DNA from: Eledone cirrhosa
Taxonomy: Eukaryota
DNA length: 64,000 nt
Direction: 5' to 3'
Assembly (NCBI GenBank): GCA_964016885.1
Contig: OZ024744.1
Coordinates: forward strand, 69,998,001-70,062,000
In this document: piece by piece, positions 25,514 to 39,789 of the stretch
Layout of the letters: the number at the start of each line of letters is the position of its first letter
Position numbering within the stretch: position 1 is the first letter of the stretch
The notes under the pieces: generated by a model
What the model was told of the DNA's origin: nothing
Seen by the model: the letters and a program-made list of their open reading frames with translations, nothing else
The model's database searches: none
Translations under genes and position numbers: made by a program

Positions 25514-25701
25514 TAGTGCCAGATTTAGGACAAATGAGGCCCTGTGCTAGTTAAGTTATAATGCGCTTTTGAATATTTGACATTTGAAAAACATTTGAAA
25601 AGTTCATCGTAAAAAATTTTTTAGGCAGGAAGATGGGTTCCTCCTGGCCAACAGGGCCCTGTGCTTAAGCACACTTAAGTACTTTGGTAAATCCGGCACT
25701 G
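25514..25701. mobile_element. hAT-type MITE
   Basis: TIR AGTGCCAGATTTA / TAAATCCGGCACTG, 8-bp TSD GTCCTGGG (25506-13 / 25702-09). Confidence 0.85.
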
Positions 25702-26269
25702 GTCCTGGGTCTCTGAACCACTTCTTTACTCAGTTTCAAATACTGTCAGCAAGAACCAGCTAAGCGAAGGGCAAAAACATTCCTTCCATTCTGTTTTCAA
25801 AAGAACATTAGATAACGCTATGTCCAGTATTGAAATAACATTTCTTCAAATCATTTAACTCTATTTTCAAAGAGACAGTGGTAAATGGTATGAACAGTTT
25901 TGAGATAATGTTTCTTTGAATCCTGGATAATGGTATGTCTGATATTGAAATAACATTTCTTCAAATCACTTTATCATCATCATCATCATCACCGTTTATA
26001 TGTCCGCTCTTCCACGCAAGCATGGGTTAGACGGGTTGTCCTGTTGTGGGCAGTGTCCGGTCAGCTGACCATGCCTTGCTCATATGGGAAGGGATTCTGG
26101 CTTGATTTCTACAGTTGGATGCCCTTCCTAACACCAACCTCATTTACAGTGAGAGCTGGGTGCTTTTTTCCGCGGCGCCTACACGTCCAATTTAGTGTGG
26201 GCTGGGTCCTTTTTTTGCCGTGGCACTTCCACGACCACTTTGCAGTGGGAGGGTGTGGGGGCATATTGT

Positions 26270-28358
26270 CTATATGCTTCAGCTTCGGCTTGTACCCGTG
26301 GGGGCTCGGGTCTTCTGTATTACTGCATGACGCCAGAGGTCACGGTCATGTGTCATCGCATTTGCGAGGTGTAATTGGGTAAGGTCGGCTTTTATCACCT
26401 CATCCCAAGTCTTCTTGGGTCTCCCCATTCTGCGGTTTCCATTGACTTCTAGTGCTCTGCATCTTTTTATGCAGCTGTCATCCTTCATACGCATCACATG
26501 TCCATACCAATGCATCCGCCTCTCCTGCACACAGCATTTGATTCCTCTTATGCTCAGTCTCTCTCTCAATTGATTTATGCTTTGCCGTTCACTTATATTG
26601 CTATTAAACATCCATCAGAGCATGCAGGCTTCGTTTCTTTCTAATCTACGCAAGTCTTCCACAGACAGCGCCCAGATCTCACTACCATGTAACATTGCTG
26701 TTCGTATACATGCATCATACAGTCTGCCTTTCATTTTGAGAGAAAAGCCTTTTGCAGCTAGCAGTGGCAGTAGCTTCCTGAACTTCTTCCATCCCGTTCT
26801 TACCCTAGTTATTGTACTTTCCGAACACTCACCTCCGCTGCTAGTTCAGTCACCTAGGTAGCAGAAGCTGTCTACTGTTTCTACAGAGCCCTTCCAGAGT
26901 TTGGTGGTACTTGTTTCCTGTGGCTGTTTGCTGCTTGCTGTTCCAGCACAGTTGCTACATGTGAAGCCTACATTCTTAGTTAAGCTTCCTGAGATCCCAC
27001 TACATCTCTTGTGTACCCATTGATTGCATTTGGGGCAGAGAATGGAGTTCCTACCTACACCTTTCCTACATACTGAGCAAGGCTATTTCCCTGAGGATAT
27101 CTGGGTTCTGTTTTCTCGTCTACTTACAAGGACCTTAGTCTTTGTCAGGTTGACTTTGAGACCCTTTCTTTTTAGTCCCTGCTTCCAAGTTTGGAGTTTC
27201 TTCTCTAGTTCTACCATAGATTCAGCTCTAAGTGTGAAGTCATCTGCATATAGGAGTTCCCATGGGCATCCAGTCTTAAACTCCTCCGTTATTGCCTGCA
27301 GAACTATGATGAACAGGAGAGGGCTAAGAACAGAGCCCTGGTGGACACCGACCTGTATGCTAAATTCCTCACTCTAGTCATTGCTAATCCTAACTTTGCT
27401 GACTGCTCCCCTATACATGGCTTGTACAGCTTTCACAAGCCATTCATCTACTCCTAGTTTTCTAAGAGTCAACCAGATTATAGCATCTCATCTAGTTTCA
27501 CCTGGTCCCTAATCAACTGTGCTATAATTCTTTGTGTTACTTTCATGACCTAGTCCATCAGCTTTATACCTCTATAGTTTCCTCTATCTAGTGCATCACC
27601 TTTACCCTTGTAGCAGTCAACAATGATGTTACTGCACCAATCCTTTGGTATGACACCTTCTAGTATTACCTGGTTAACAATACGTGTGGTTATGGTGTGA
27701 CCTACTGACCCAGATGCCTTCAGCATCTCGGCAGCTATACCCAATGGACCGGTTGCCTTCCCCATCCTCATATCTTTGATTGCCTTACTTACTACGCTGC
27801 TGCTGACTTGTATTGCTAGCCCCTCTATAGGGTCTACTTGGGGTAGGGTCTCTTCCCATGCATTCTCTTCATTTAGTAATCTTTCATAATGGCTCTTCCA
27901 TGCATCTTTCTTCTCAGCACTTGTGAAGGCAAGCTCACCTTTATCATTCCGGATACACTTCCAATGACATCAGAATTCTCTCTGACACACTGCCTCGCAA
28001 TCTTGAACACCTCCTGTTTCTGGTCCTCACGTTGCAAAACATGCTTGAATTTTCTATCCTCTTCTTCCCTCCTAGCTAAGTATACTTGTCACCTAGCTTC
28101 GCTCCTGGTCTCTATGTAATATACCCTGCTTCCCCCATTCTTCCATTCTTTCCATGCCTGTCTCTTGGCCTTAACTGCATCATCTACCTTATTGTTCCAC
28201 CACCAAGTCACTCTCCTCCTGCTTGTGGTCTTACTCCAGCCACAGATCTCATCCGTTGCCTTTAGTAAGTTATTTTTTAGGAACTCCCAATGCTCTTCTA
28301 CATTGAATGTCTCTATCTGTTCTTCTTTACTGTCATAGGCGTCGAGTAAAATATCTTT
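26270..28358 (-). mobile_element. 5'-truncated RTE-clade LINE ORF2 relic
   Basis: MRMGKATGPLGIAAEMLK, YKGKGDALDRGNYRGIKLM, GVHQGSVLSPLLF (minus strand near 27310-27350), RMHWYGHVMRM, GRPKKTWDEV. Several stops. Confidence 0.92.
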
Positions 28359-28359
28359 A

Positions 28360-29125
28360 TAATAATAATAATAATAATGAAATTATTGTGTACAGTGTTC
28401 AAGTGCACTATAACTCATCAAAGGTGCATGTATAGTACATAGAATAATGTACAAATGTCATGAAAGTGAACAGTGTATGAGTCATGATATATATGCATGC
28501 ATGTGTATGTAGGGGGAATATCAGGTGTAGTGTTGGCGATTTTCAGGTAGCATGGAGGTTTTAAAGGATGCAGTGTCTCAGCAGCTAACAACTGATGCAG
28601 TTAGTTTGTTCCATGCTTCAGCAACTCTGTTTCCGAAAGTCATGGGAGCTGTGCTGTTTTCTGACTTTGTAGACATGCCGTTGAGTGTTAGACACATGGA
28701 AATCAAAAAGGTGCTCAGGGTTGTTGTTGTTGGCAAGATGGTTAATAATTTTGTGGGTGTTTACCAAGTCAGTTGCCAGACGTCGGAGCTTCAATGTATC
28801 CATGCCCAGGGAAGCAATGCGTTCAGAGTATGGTAGATACCTGATGGAGGGTATTCGCTTGGTTGCACGTCTCTAAACAGTTTCCATGCAGTCAATGTTC
28901 TGAGCAAGATAGGGGTTCCAGACTGGTGATGCAAATTCTAAGTAAGGCCACACAACAGCTATATACAGCTTTAAATAGATAGTTGGAGAGCAGCTGACAA
29001 AGGTCTTGCTGAGTGATGCCAAGACACCCTCGGCCTTCTTGACAATTTTAGAGACATGCTTTGTCCAACGCAAATCGCTGCTTACAGTAATGCCCAGGTC
29101 ATGTTCACTAGAAGACTTCTTGATA
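28360..29125 (-). mobile_element. CR1 LINE 3' fragment with (ATT)n tail
   Basis: RWTKHVSKIVKKAEGVLASL...VWNPYL; homologous to 12880-13620. Confidence 0.92.
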
Positions 29126-30899
29126 TTTTCAAAGAAACATTATATAACCCTATATCCAATGCAGCATCACATAACTTCATAGATGTTACCATATTTCTCG
29201 GCATGTGGAGGCACATGGCTTAGTGGTTAGAGCATTGGCCTTGCAATTGAAAGGTTGTGAATTTAATTCTCAGACCGAGTGATGTGTTTTTTCCTTGAGC
29301 AAGGCACTTTATTTCACATTGCTCCAGTTTACTCAGCTGTAGAAATGAGATGATAGGGACTGGGGTCCCTATCATTCCACTACAAAGTGGTCGTGGAGGT
29401 GCCACAGCAAAAAAGCACCCACCACTCACTGTAAATGAGGTTGGTGTTAGGAAGGGCATCCAGCTGTAGAAATCAAGCCAGAATCAGTTCCCGTCCCACC
29501 CTTGCAAGCAGGGAAAAGTGCACGCAAAATGAAATGATGATGATGATGTGTCCTGGAGGCCGAAGGTTGTTTATTATTTTTTTTCAAATGGCGGTCGATT
29601 GGCAGTATCGGTAGAGAGTCGGACGCCATGCTTTCCAGTATAGTTACGTCTCTTTATGGTCTCAAATCCCGCTGAGGTTAACTTTGCCTTTCATCCTTAC
29701 GGGGTCGATAAAATAAAGTACCAGTAATACACTGGATAATTACTGACCTTGTGGCAAGAGTAGAAACAATTACTTTTTTTTCAAATTATTGGTTGTCAAA
29801 ATCAGATATTCTAAAATGACATGTTCTATATATTACCAGCTAAGAAATCTATATGGTTGCTCAACCTGCAAGAAATAGCAGCTAAATCTCTCTTAACCTT
29901 TTAGCATGTACATTACTCTATATTTACTATAGTATTTTACTATAGTATTTTCACAGAAAAGGCTTTATCTCACATAATATCGAATCTATGAGATTTTGCT
30001 ATTATTTATTTTGAGAACAATACCTTAACATCAGTATGAGTGGCCGGTTACAGCCAGTTTGAACAGAAAGAGGTGAGAGAATTCTGGCCAGATACAGCCA
30101 GTTTCAGTGCTAAAGGGTTAATAATAATAATGAAAATTATTGTGCACAGTGCTCAAGTGCACTACAACTCATCAAAGGTGCATGTATAGTACATAGAATA
30201 ATGTACAAATGTTAGGAAAGTGTACAGTGTATGAGTCATGATATATACACACAGACACATGCGTGCATGTGTATGGAACAGGAATATCAAGGGGTGGTGT
30301 TGGCGAATTTCAGGAAGCATGGAAGTTCTCATTCTACAGTCATTAAAAAAAGAGGAAAAAGATTGGATGATATTGTTCTAGATATGCTATTTGAAAACAC
30401 ACACTCACACATACACACGTAAGATGGTCATAGTTGGAATGTATTTGGTCATAGATCTGCTCAATCAGAAATGACCTGGGATAAGCATGAAGGATTCAGA
30501 CCATCCACTTTAATAAAACAAATATATGACGTCTTCAACAATAATAACAACAATATCAATGTATGTCATCAATTACTATCCTTGACATCAGAAAGCTTCC
30601 ATTTCCATTCCTCATTAGCTACTTATACATAGTGCATTCAACAGCTCCTTGAGAAACAACACAAAATGTCCGAGTGCAAACCAAATAATCACTCATGTTA
30701 CCAAGCCTATATAGTGTAGAAAAAAATTATCCTGAACTTGCAATTTTTTTTCCAAATAGAGTCCTGCAAAGATAATCTCCTTTTATAAACATGTTAAAGA
30801 CAGTAAAGAAAGCATTATATCATACAAACATGCTTAACCCTTTAGTATTACTCTATATTTACTATTATATTTTCAGAGTAAAGGCTTTACCTCACATAA

Positions 30900-31373
30900 C
30901 ACTGGTTAACAAAATTTTCTTTTCTGCTGACCTAAGTTTGACACCTGTTCTTGAGTAATTTGAGGAACCTAAGTGTAAAAAATGACAATACCGTTCTTCT
31001 ATTACAACAAGTTTTTCATCTATGGGCTGATCTATATTGGCCCCACCCATAGCTACAAGAGATAGCATACTGGTCAACAAAATTTTCCTTTCTTTTTCTG
31101 CTGACCAATGTTTGAGACCTGTTCTTGAGTAATTTGAGAGAAAAGTTGAGTTTTAAAATGCCGATACCTTTTTTCTATGATATCAAGTTTTCACTTGCCA
31201 ACAAGGAGGGTATACAAAATATGTTTCCTGTGTTTATGGGATAGCTGAGCGAAAGACAAACATGAAAACCTGATGTTTTAGGGGAAAATGGATGCCATAT
31301 TTGAAATCAGACCTCAAAATTAGCTAAAAACAACAACAAAATCAAAGTCAGCAAAAAATGTGTTGACCAGTGT
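30900..31373. mobile_element. Tc1/mariner-like MITE nested in a piggyBac-like MITE
   Basis: Termini CACTGGTTAACAAAATTTT ... AAAAAATGTGTTGACCAGTG|TA, with an internal duplicate of the left end at about 31067. Confidence 0.55.
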
Positions 31374-33713
31374 AATTATCAGTAATATAATTGTTTCTAC
31401 TTTTGGCACATGGCTAGCAATTACCCCAGTACATTACTGGTACTTTATTTTATCGACCCCCATAAGGCTGAAAGGTAAAGTTAACCTCAGCGGGATTTGA
31501 ACTCAGAACGCAAAGGGCCATAACTCGATTCTGCAAAGAATAGTGTCTGATGCTCTACCGATACCGCCAATCCACTACTCTCAGTAGTGTCTGTGACACA
31601 CTAGAGATGACTGAGGAAGGAAGGGATGATGACATTGATTGAGGAAGAAGGGAGGTGATGACAAACTACAGAAAGCAACTTTTAACATTCACTACACCTG
31701 TGCATGTATATGTGAACTGGCTATGCACATTGGCTGTTATGATTATGTGAGTGTTTGTGTGTATGCATATGTGTTTGTGTAAATTATATTTATATAGGAT
31801 ATTTGTATATATGTGTTTGTGTGTGTTTATCTCACATAATATCAAAATATATGAGATTTTGATATTAGTTATTTTGAGAACAATATCTTAACATCAATGT
31901 GAGTGGCCAGTTTGAACAGAAGGTATGAGAATTCTGGTTGGATATGGCTGGTTGAAATACAAAAGAGTTAAAGCAAATACAGAAGCCATATTTGAGTAAC
32001 ATAATGGTCATCATCATCATCATCATCGTTTAATGTCTATCTTCCATGCTAGCATGGGTTAGACGAGAGTTGTCTCACTTGAGGCAAGATTGGTCGGGTG
32101 ACTGTGTTTCGCTCGTATAGGATTATCTGGCAGGTTTTCTACGGCTGAATGCCCTTCCTAACACCGATGGTGTACAAATAAATACATTAGGCCAGGCATG
32201 GGCAACCTTTTATAGAGCAGTAGGCCACATAGGATGTGGTTCATTATAAGGCGAGTGATTCTACTGAAACATTCAAGGCAATTTTGAATTTAGGTCTGCC
32301 AAACGGGCCACATGTGGCTTACAGGCCTCAGTTTTCCTATGACTGTATTAAATCCATTATTGATTATGCTAATCCTGTCTGTGTCTCCATTCTCTATATA
32401 TTAACCATAAAGAATACAAAACATCACACTGCACATCATCACAGAAATATGAGGATGTGGCACCCGTCAATAATGACTGACCATAAGGTTGTAATTGGAA
32501 ATTTCCTCACCTGAGTGTAAGCTCTAGACAAGATGTTTTCTAGTAGATCAACAGTCACCCAAACAAGCCAGTTTGCCCTCTCCACATCACAAGCCAGTTT
32601 GCCCTCTCCACATTACTGATGTTGTTCAAGGGAAAGGAAAAAGGCCAATACAGTGTGGTACCAGTGTCATTGCAACTATTTTTTCCAGCTGAGTAAACTG
32701 GAGCATTGTAAAATAAAGTGTCTGGCTCAAATACAGAACGTGCTACCCAGCCAAGGAATTGAAATCATGACATATTATTGTGAGCCCAACCAACACCCCA
32801 ACTACTAAGCCTTCACTAACAGATATACACTGGCAATAACATGAGTTCAACATGTCCATGCTATCACATTATACTCGGTATAATTCATCACTGAAAGCCA
32901 GAGTATGCAGTATGGTTGCCATGTCTCTTCCCATCCTCATTACTGAGGATTGGGAACAATGGACAATTGCACCAATGCTCATCTGTATGATGCTGTATTA
33001 GAGTGTTGGACAACATGCTTAGCAGTACAGAGTTATGACCCTTTGCGTTTTGAGTTCAAATACCGCCGAGGTTAACTTTGCCTTTCAACCTTAAGAGATC
33101 GATAAAATAAAGTACCAGTAACACACTGGTATAGATTTAATCAACTTTCCACTTCCCTTCAAATTGCTGGCCTTGTGCCTAAATCAGAAACCATTATTAG
33201 GAATCTGGCTACTGAGACACAGTTCATCTACCTTCACCAAAATGTTGTAGTCATTGATCACTTGGAAGGTTGTCCCCAAGATGACTAAAAAGTATTATGT
33301 ACCCCAGTTTTGAAATCAGAATGATCCTCCTCTTAAGCAGACTACCAACTAATGTTAATGAGCCCTGCCTACTGGAGGGTGGGGTGGGGTTGCTTTTTAG
33401 GGGCTTTCGGGGGGGGGGGGGGGGGGTTCACACACTATCAGATGGCCATTGACTCTTCTGAAACTCCTCTACCCTCTGACAGGTTTTGATTTTCATCTCA
33501 CCGGATGTCCAAAAATCCTCCCTCCCCCTCACAAAGCATGCTTGGCTAGTTCTGCCAGTTTATTTGCTGCCGATAACCTAATCCTGAGACAACTTGTACT
33601 GGATAAATCACCAGTAACACACTGGGGTTAATTTAATCGACTTTTCCCTTCCCTTCAAATTGCTGGCCTTGTGCCAAATGTAGAAACCATTATTATTGAT
33701 GGTTGATTGGCAG

Positions 33714-34167
33714 TATCGGTAGAGTATCGGTAGAGTGTCGGTAGAGTGTCAGTAGAGTATCGGTAAAGTGTCGGTAGAGTGTCGGTAGAGTGTCGGTAGA
33801 GTGTCGGTAGAGTGTCGGTAGAGTGTCGGTAGAGTGTCGGTAGAGTGTCGGTAGAGTGTCGGTAGAGTGCCGGTAGAGTGCCGGTAGAGTGCCGGTAGAG
33901 TGTCGGTAGAGTGTCGGTAGAGTATCGGTAGAGTATCGGTAGAGTGTCGGTAGAGTGTCGGTAGAGTACCAGTAGAGTGTCGGTAGAGTGTTGGTAGAGT
34001 ATCGGTAGTGTCGGTAGAGTGTCGGCAGAGTGTCGGCAGAGTGTCGGTAGAGTACCGGTAGAATGTCGGTAGAGTGTCGGTAGAGTGTCGGTAGAGTGTC
34101 GGTAGAGTGTCGGTAGAGTGTCGGTAGAGTGTCGGTAGAGTGTCGGTAGAGTGTCGGTAGAGTGTCG
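33714..34167 (+). repeat. 11-bp minisatellite (TGTCGGTAGAG)n, about 41 units, inside a SINE head
   Basis: Starts right after ATTGGCAG in the SINE A-box region. The SINE body resumes at about 34180. Confidence 0.95.
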
Positions 34168-34545
34168 GACAAGCTTTGTGTCAAGGTTATCATTGCCTTT
34201 CATCCTTACAGAGTCGATAAAATAAAGTACCAGTAACACACTGGGGTAGATTTATTCGACTTTCCCCTCCCCTGCAAATTGCTGGCCTTGAGTCTATAGT
34301 AGAAACAATTATTTATTTAATCAACAGAAACATGCAACCTATTGAAAATAAATCACTAATCGATAATTATCTAAGAAGATCGATAATTGACAGAGTCAAT
34401 AGAGTGTCAGATTAAATGCTTCTGTAGTAGTTCCAGTTGACTAACACCGAGCTCAACTTTGCCTTTCATTCTTTCAAGGTTGATTAAGTGTCAACCCAGT
34501 ACCTGAGTCAACTCTCTCTCTCTCTCTCTCTCACATATTTACACA

Positions 34546-34581
<36 letters not shown>

Positions 34582-34999
34582 TACACACGTACTCTCTCTC
34601 TCTCACACATACACGTACTTTCTCTCTCTCTCCATCACACATACACACGTACTCTCTCTATTTCTCTCTCACACACACACACATATGCACACGTACTCTC
34701 TCTCTCCCTCTCTCTCTCACACATACACACGTACTCTCTCTATCTCTCTCTTACACACACACACATATACACACACGTACTCTCTCTCTCTCTCTGACAC
34801 ACACATATACACACGTATTCTCTCTCTCTCTCTCTCTTCCTCTCCCTCTCTCTCTCACACACATACATATACACACACACACACACACTCTCTCCTTCTC
34901 TCTCTCTCACTCTCTCTCACACACATACATATACACACACACACTCTCTCTCTCTCTCCTTCTCTCTCACCCCACCCAAGAAGAAACTAACTGTGTTCC

Positions 35000-36050
35000 A
35001 ACCTGAAAAGGAATGAGTTCCACCAGATTCGATATGTAGAAGACATGCTGTCTGTGAAGTGCAGGTGGGAGTCCAGCAGGGATCAGTCCTCAGTTCACTT
35101 CTATTTGTCATTGTACTTCAAGACATCACTGAGGAGGAGTTTAAAACTGGCAGTCAGTGGGGGAGCTCCTATCTACTGATGACCTAGTCCTCATAGCTGA
35201 ATCCATAGGAGAGTTAGAGGCAAAATTTAAGAAGAACCTAGAGTTGAAAGGCCTAAGAGTAAACTTAGAAATGGCAAAGGTCTTAATAAATAGAAAAGTA
35301 AACAGGAGGGCGATACCATCAGGGAAGTGGTCCTGTTTGATATGTCAGAAAGAGGTGGGCTGAAATTCTATAAAGTGCACACAGTGTAATTTATGGATGC
35401 ACAAGAAATGTAGCCGGATTGCTGTCAGGTTTACAGAAAAGATTGACTTTGTTTGTGGCAGATGTACAGGAGAAGTAAGCACTAAGAGCACACATGAAAT
35501 GAATACGCTCAGTTATCAGGGAGGTTCCTTAGAAGTTGTTGACAGCGTTTGTTACCTAGGTGACCAAATTAGCATTTGGGGATGATGCCCTAAAAGTGTG
35601 ATAGCTAGGATAAGACCAGGCTTGAAGAAGTTTAGAGAGCTGGTACATCAAAGGGCTTTTCTCTAAGAGTGAAGGATAATAGACTATATAATGCCTACCT
35701 GCAAATTACATTACTACATGGCAGTGAGACATGGGCCTTGGCTGCAGAAGACTTGTGGATGCTAGAAAGAAATGAGTCAAGTATACTCCAATGGATGTGT
35801 AATGTTAGTGTGCACAAGCAACATAGCATAAGGAAGCTGAGGAAAAAACTAGGCATAAGAGGAATTGAATGTAGTGTGCAAGAGAGAAAACTGTGTTGGT
35901 ATGGACTCATGATGTGTACGGAAGATAGCAGCTACATAAAAAATACAGAGAAACTCCAATGGCTAGGACCTGCGGAAGGGGCAGACCCAGGAAAATTTGG
36001 GATAAGGTTGTGAAGACTGACCATAAAAAAATAAGCCTCACAATGAAGGT
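35000..36050 (+). mobile_element. Degenerate RTE-clade LINE fragment
   Basis: GVQQGSVLS region, ELLSTDDLVLIAES, LEVVDSVCYLGDQI, LLHGSETW, GRGRPRKIW. Confidence 0.88.
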
Positions 36051-36617
36051 GTTGGTGGGGACCTGTCCAAAAGCATACAATGTGACCTGTCTTATTCTCA
36101 TGTCCCCTCTTATACTAGCACTCTCTGGCAGCTATCTTCTCATTCACTATACACTCCCACGCCATCCATGACCCCTCCTTAGCTGCTGTTCCCTCTAAAA
36201 CCCTAATATATCCTCACTATCACACCCTAGTAGCTACCCTTTCCACCCCTGTACCCCCCCCCCCCTCTACTATCACTCCTTTGCTACCCTCTGCATCACT
36301 CCACCTCTCCTTCTCAACACTGGTGAGGTGCCATCTAACCCACCCTGTGCCATTGACCACACCATCCACCTACCCACCATCACCACCATCACTATCTCTG
36401 CTTAGGTGTTCCTACCACCACCACCACCCCCACCCCCACCCCACCCCCACCCCACCGTATGCTTTCATCCCTTCCCCACTCATCATCCTGTTAAATCACA
36501 ACTTCATACTTACCTCCTACCACTTCCATCAAAGAGCAGAGGTGAGAGGGCTCGTCCATTAGGACATGGACCACTCTAGTGTCAGTGTCACAAAAATGCA
36601 CCTGGTACACTCTGTAA

Positions 36618-37187
36618 GGTGGTGGTGGTGGTGGTGGGGATGATGATGATGATGATGATGATGATAATAATGGTGATGATCATGATGATGATGATCATGA
36701 TGGTGGTGATGGTGATGATGGTGGTGATGGTGATGATCATGATGACGATGATAATGTTGATGATGATGATAGTGATGGTGGTGGTGGTGATGGTGATGAT
36801 GATGGTGATGGTGGTGATGGTGGTGTCGGTGATGATGGTGGTGATGATGATGATGGTGATGTCGGTGATGATGGTGATGATGACAGTTGTGATAGGGATG
36901 GTGATGATGATGATGATAATGTTGATGATCATGATGATGATAGTAATGTTGGTAATGATGGTGGTGTTGATAATGGTGATGAGGATGTTGATGATGATGA
37001 TGGTGGTGGTGGTGGTGATGATAGTGATGATGATGGTGATGATGACAGTTGTCGTAGGGATGGTGATGATGATGATGATGATGACAGTGATGGTGATATT
37101 GGTGATATTGGTGATGGTGGTGATGGTGGTGGTGGTGGTAGGGATGGTGATGAGGGTGGTGGTGGTGATGATGATGATGATGATGAT
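36618..37187. repeat. (GAT/GGT)n compound microsatellite
   Basis: Directly visible; explains the poly-His/Met/Ile ORFs. Confidence 0.95.
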
Positions 37188-37729
37188 ATTTGTGAACATT
37201 ACACAGAACAAAGCAGTTAATGGAAGACATTTCTAAAAATCATTATATACCTGCTAAATCAACTACAGCCATTAGTTTCTAATAGTCTCTTCTAAATTGA
37301 CAATTAGTTCTTCATCATCATCATCATCATCATCATTTTTATGTCTGTTATTTCACACTTTCATGGTTTCAACAGGTCCTTTTCAGCACAGCATATCTCC
37401 ACATGTCACAATCCTTTGTCATCTCCACTGACTTTCTGCAATTTGAGATCAGATCAGCCCTCTCCACCTCTGCTCAGGTTTTCATTGGCCTTCCTCGACT
37501 GCAGCTCCTGCGATTTTTTGGTATTACCTCACCCTGTGATCACCATTGTTAAATATTATTGAGCCTACTCTGATTTTGGTCTTTAAGGTGATCCACAGAA
37601 TGTTGTTTACGTGAGCTAGCCGGATATGACCAGTTTAAATGCTAAAGGGCTAAACACATTGTGGTCTGTGTTGATGATGCTTTTAACATTTATATTGGGA
37701 GAGAAATGCAGTCCTCATGACCTTTTTAT

Positions 37730-39695
37730 AATAATAATGATAATAATGAAATTATTGTGTACAGTGCTCAGGTGCACTACAACTCATCAAAGGTACATGT
37801 ATAGTACATAGAATAATGTACAAATGTCAGGAAAATGAATGAACAGTATGAGTCATGATATACATGTGTGCATATGTATGGAGGGAGGGGATATCAGGTA
37901 TAGTGTTGGTGAATTTCAGGAGGCATGAAGGTTTTAACTGATGCAGGTAATTTCTTCCATGCTTCAGCAACTCTGAGCATGAAAAAATGCTTCCAAAAGT
38001 CATGGGAGCTGTGCTGTTTTCTGACTTTGTAGGCATGCCCACGTGTGTTAGACACATGGAATTCAAAAAGGTGCTCAGGGTTGTTGTTGGCAAGATAGTT
38101 AATAATTTTGTTGGTTGCCAGACATCGGAGCTTCAATGTATCCATGCCCAGGGAAGCAAGGCGTTCAGAGTATGGTAGATGACTGATGGAGGGTATTCGC
38201 TTAGTTGCACATCCCTGAACAGTTTCCAGGCAGTCAATGTTCTGAGCAAGATAGGGGCTCCAGATGCAAATTCTAAGAATGGCCGCACCATAGATATATA
38301 CAGCTGTAAATAGACAGCTGGAGAGTGGCTGACAAAGGTCTTACTGACAATTTTACTTGACAATTTTACTTGATAATTTTAGAGACGTGCTTCATCCAAT
38401 GCAAATCACTGCTTACAGTAGTGCCCAGGTCACATTCACAAGATGACTTCTTGATATTAGTGTTGTGGAGGGAGTATGTGGACGCTGAGTTTTTTCCTCC
38501 CAAAATGCATGGTGGTACACTTGTCCATAGCCAGCTTCAGTTGCCAGTCTGTGATCCATTGCTGCATTGCTGCATTGTCTGATTGTAGGAAAGATCTCTA
38601 GTGTTCAGGATCTGTCCTTTTTATCTCAAGGTACAGCTTGATGTCATCTGCATATTTCACTACTGTGGCATTCTTTAAGTTGGCATCTATGTCATTAATA
38701 TATGCAACAAACTAAAGGGGTTCAAGAACAGATCCCTGTGGTACACCAGATGACATCTCAGAGGAATGCTGTCCTAGAACCGTGACTAACTCTCTTCGCC
38801 TGAGAATGAAGGACTTCAACCAGTTAAAAGCTCATCCTTCACACCCATTGCAGAGAGTTTTGCCATAAGTCTTTTGTGTGGCACAGAATTAAAAGCTTTA
38901 GCAAAGTCAAGGTAAACAACATCCACCCATGAGTCGCCATCAGTGATCCGGGTGATGTCTCCAAGAAACTCGATAAGTTGATCACAGCAGCTGGAGTTAG
39001 GGATAAATCCAAATTGCGAGGGCTGGATAAGACTGTGAAAATTCCAGAAGTTCCAAGGTGTTTCTCTGATACATAATTCCATCAGTTTGGCAATGCAGCT
39101 AATAAGATTGACTAGACGATAGTTGACAGACGACATGCAGTCACCCTTTTTGAACAGAGGAATGACACTGGCAGTTTTCCACTGTTCTGGAGTAGCACTG
39201 TTGTTAAGACAGAATTGAAAGAAGAGTGATAACTGGTGCAGAAGGAAGTACCCACCACATTTGAGAAGCAGGTATGTCGCACCATCAAGACCAGGGGAGG
39301 CATGGTTGCGTTTATTCGTAATGTGATGTCGCAACATTGCAGGTGTAAATTCCATAGTTGTTATAGAATTTTATGTCAGAGGTGGTGGAGATGATACATT
39401 TTGGTCTTCCAGAGTGAAAATGCCTGCATAGCATTCAACAATGAGTTCTGCGCATTCCTTGGGGTCGTCAGTAATCTGGCTTGTGTAGGGATTGCTAAGA
39501 GGACCAACTGGAGAGTGAGGCCTCTGCTTTGAGTGAACATATTTCCAGAACACCTTACTATCAGGGTTGGTTGCTATGCGCTGTTCAAATTCAAGCACTA
39601 CCTTTTTTTGTCACCTGCTTGAGATGGTTGGAGGATTTATTTCGCTTTTTTCTATTGATATCTGATTTATGCAGTTTGTACTCACGTTCAGCATT
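37730..39695 (-). mobile_element. 5'-truncated CR1 LINE, second large copy
   Basis: ORFs 39371-39598, 38816-39355 and 37894-38145 are homologous to 11715-13400. Frameshifted. Confidence 0.95.
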
Positions 39696-39789
39696 TACTG
39701 GTGATGCTGGTGGTGGTGGTTCCGGTGGTGGTGCTTGTGCTACTGCTGGTGATGTTAATGATGAAGATGATGATGATTCCTAAAAGGAA

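Noticed and set aside
33655-34239. Regular repeat array and repetitive ORFs (possible CRISPR or repeat protein)
   Set aside because: Pure 11-bp tandem repeat without spacers, derived from a SINE, in a eukaryotic context.
36559-37236. Poly-His, poly-Met and poly-Ile ORFs (also 17636-18323)
   Set aside because: Translations of (GAT/GGT)n microsatellites with no splice or codon evidence.
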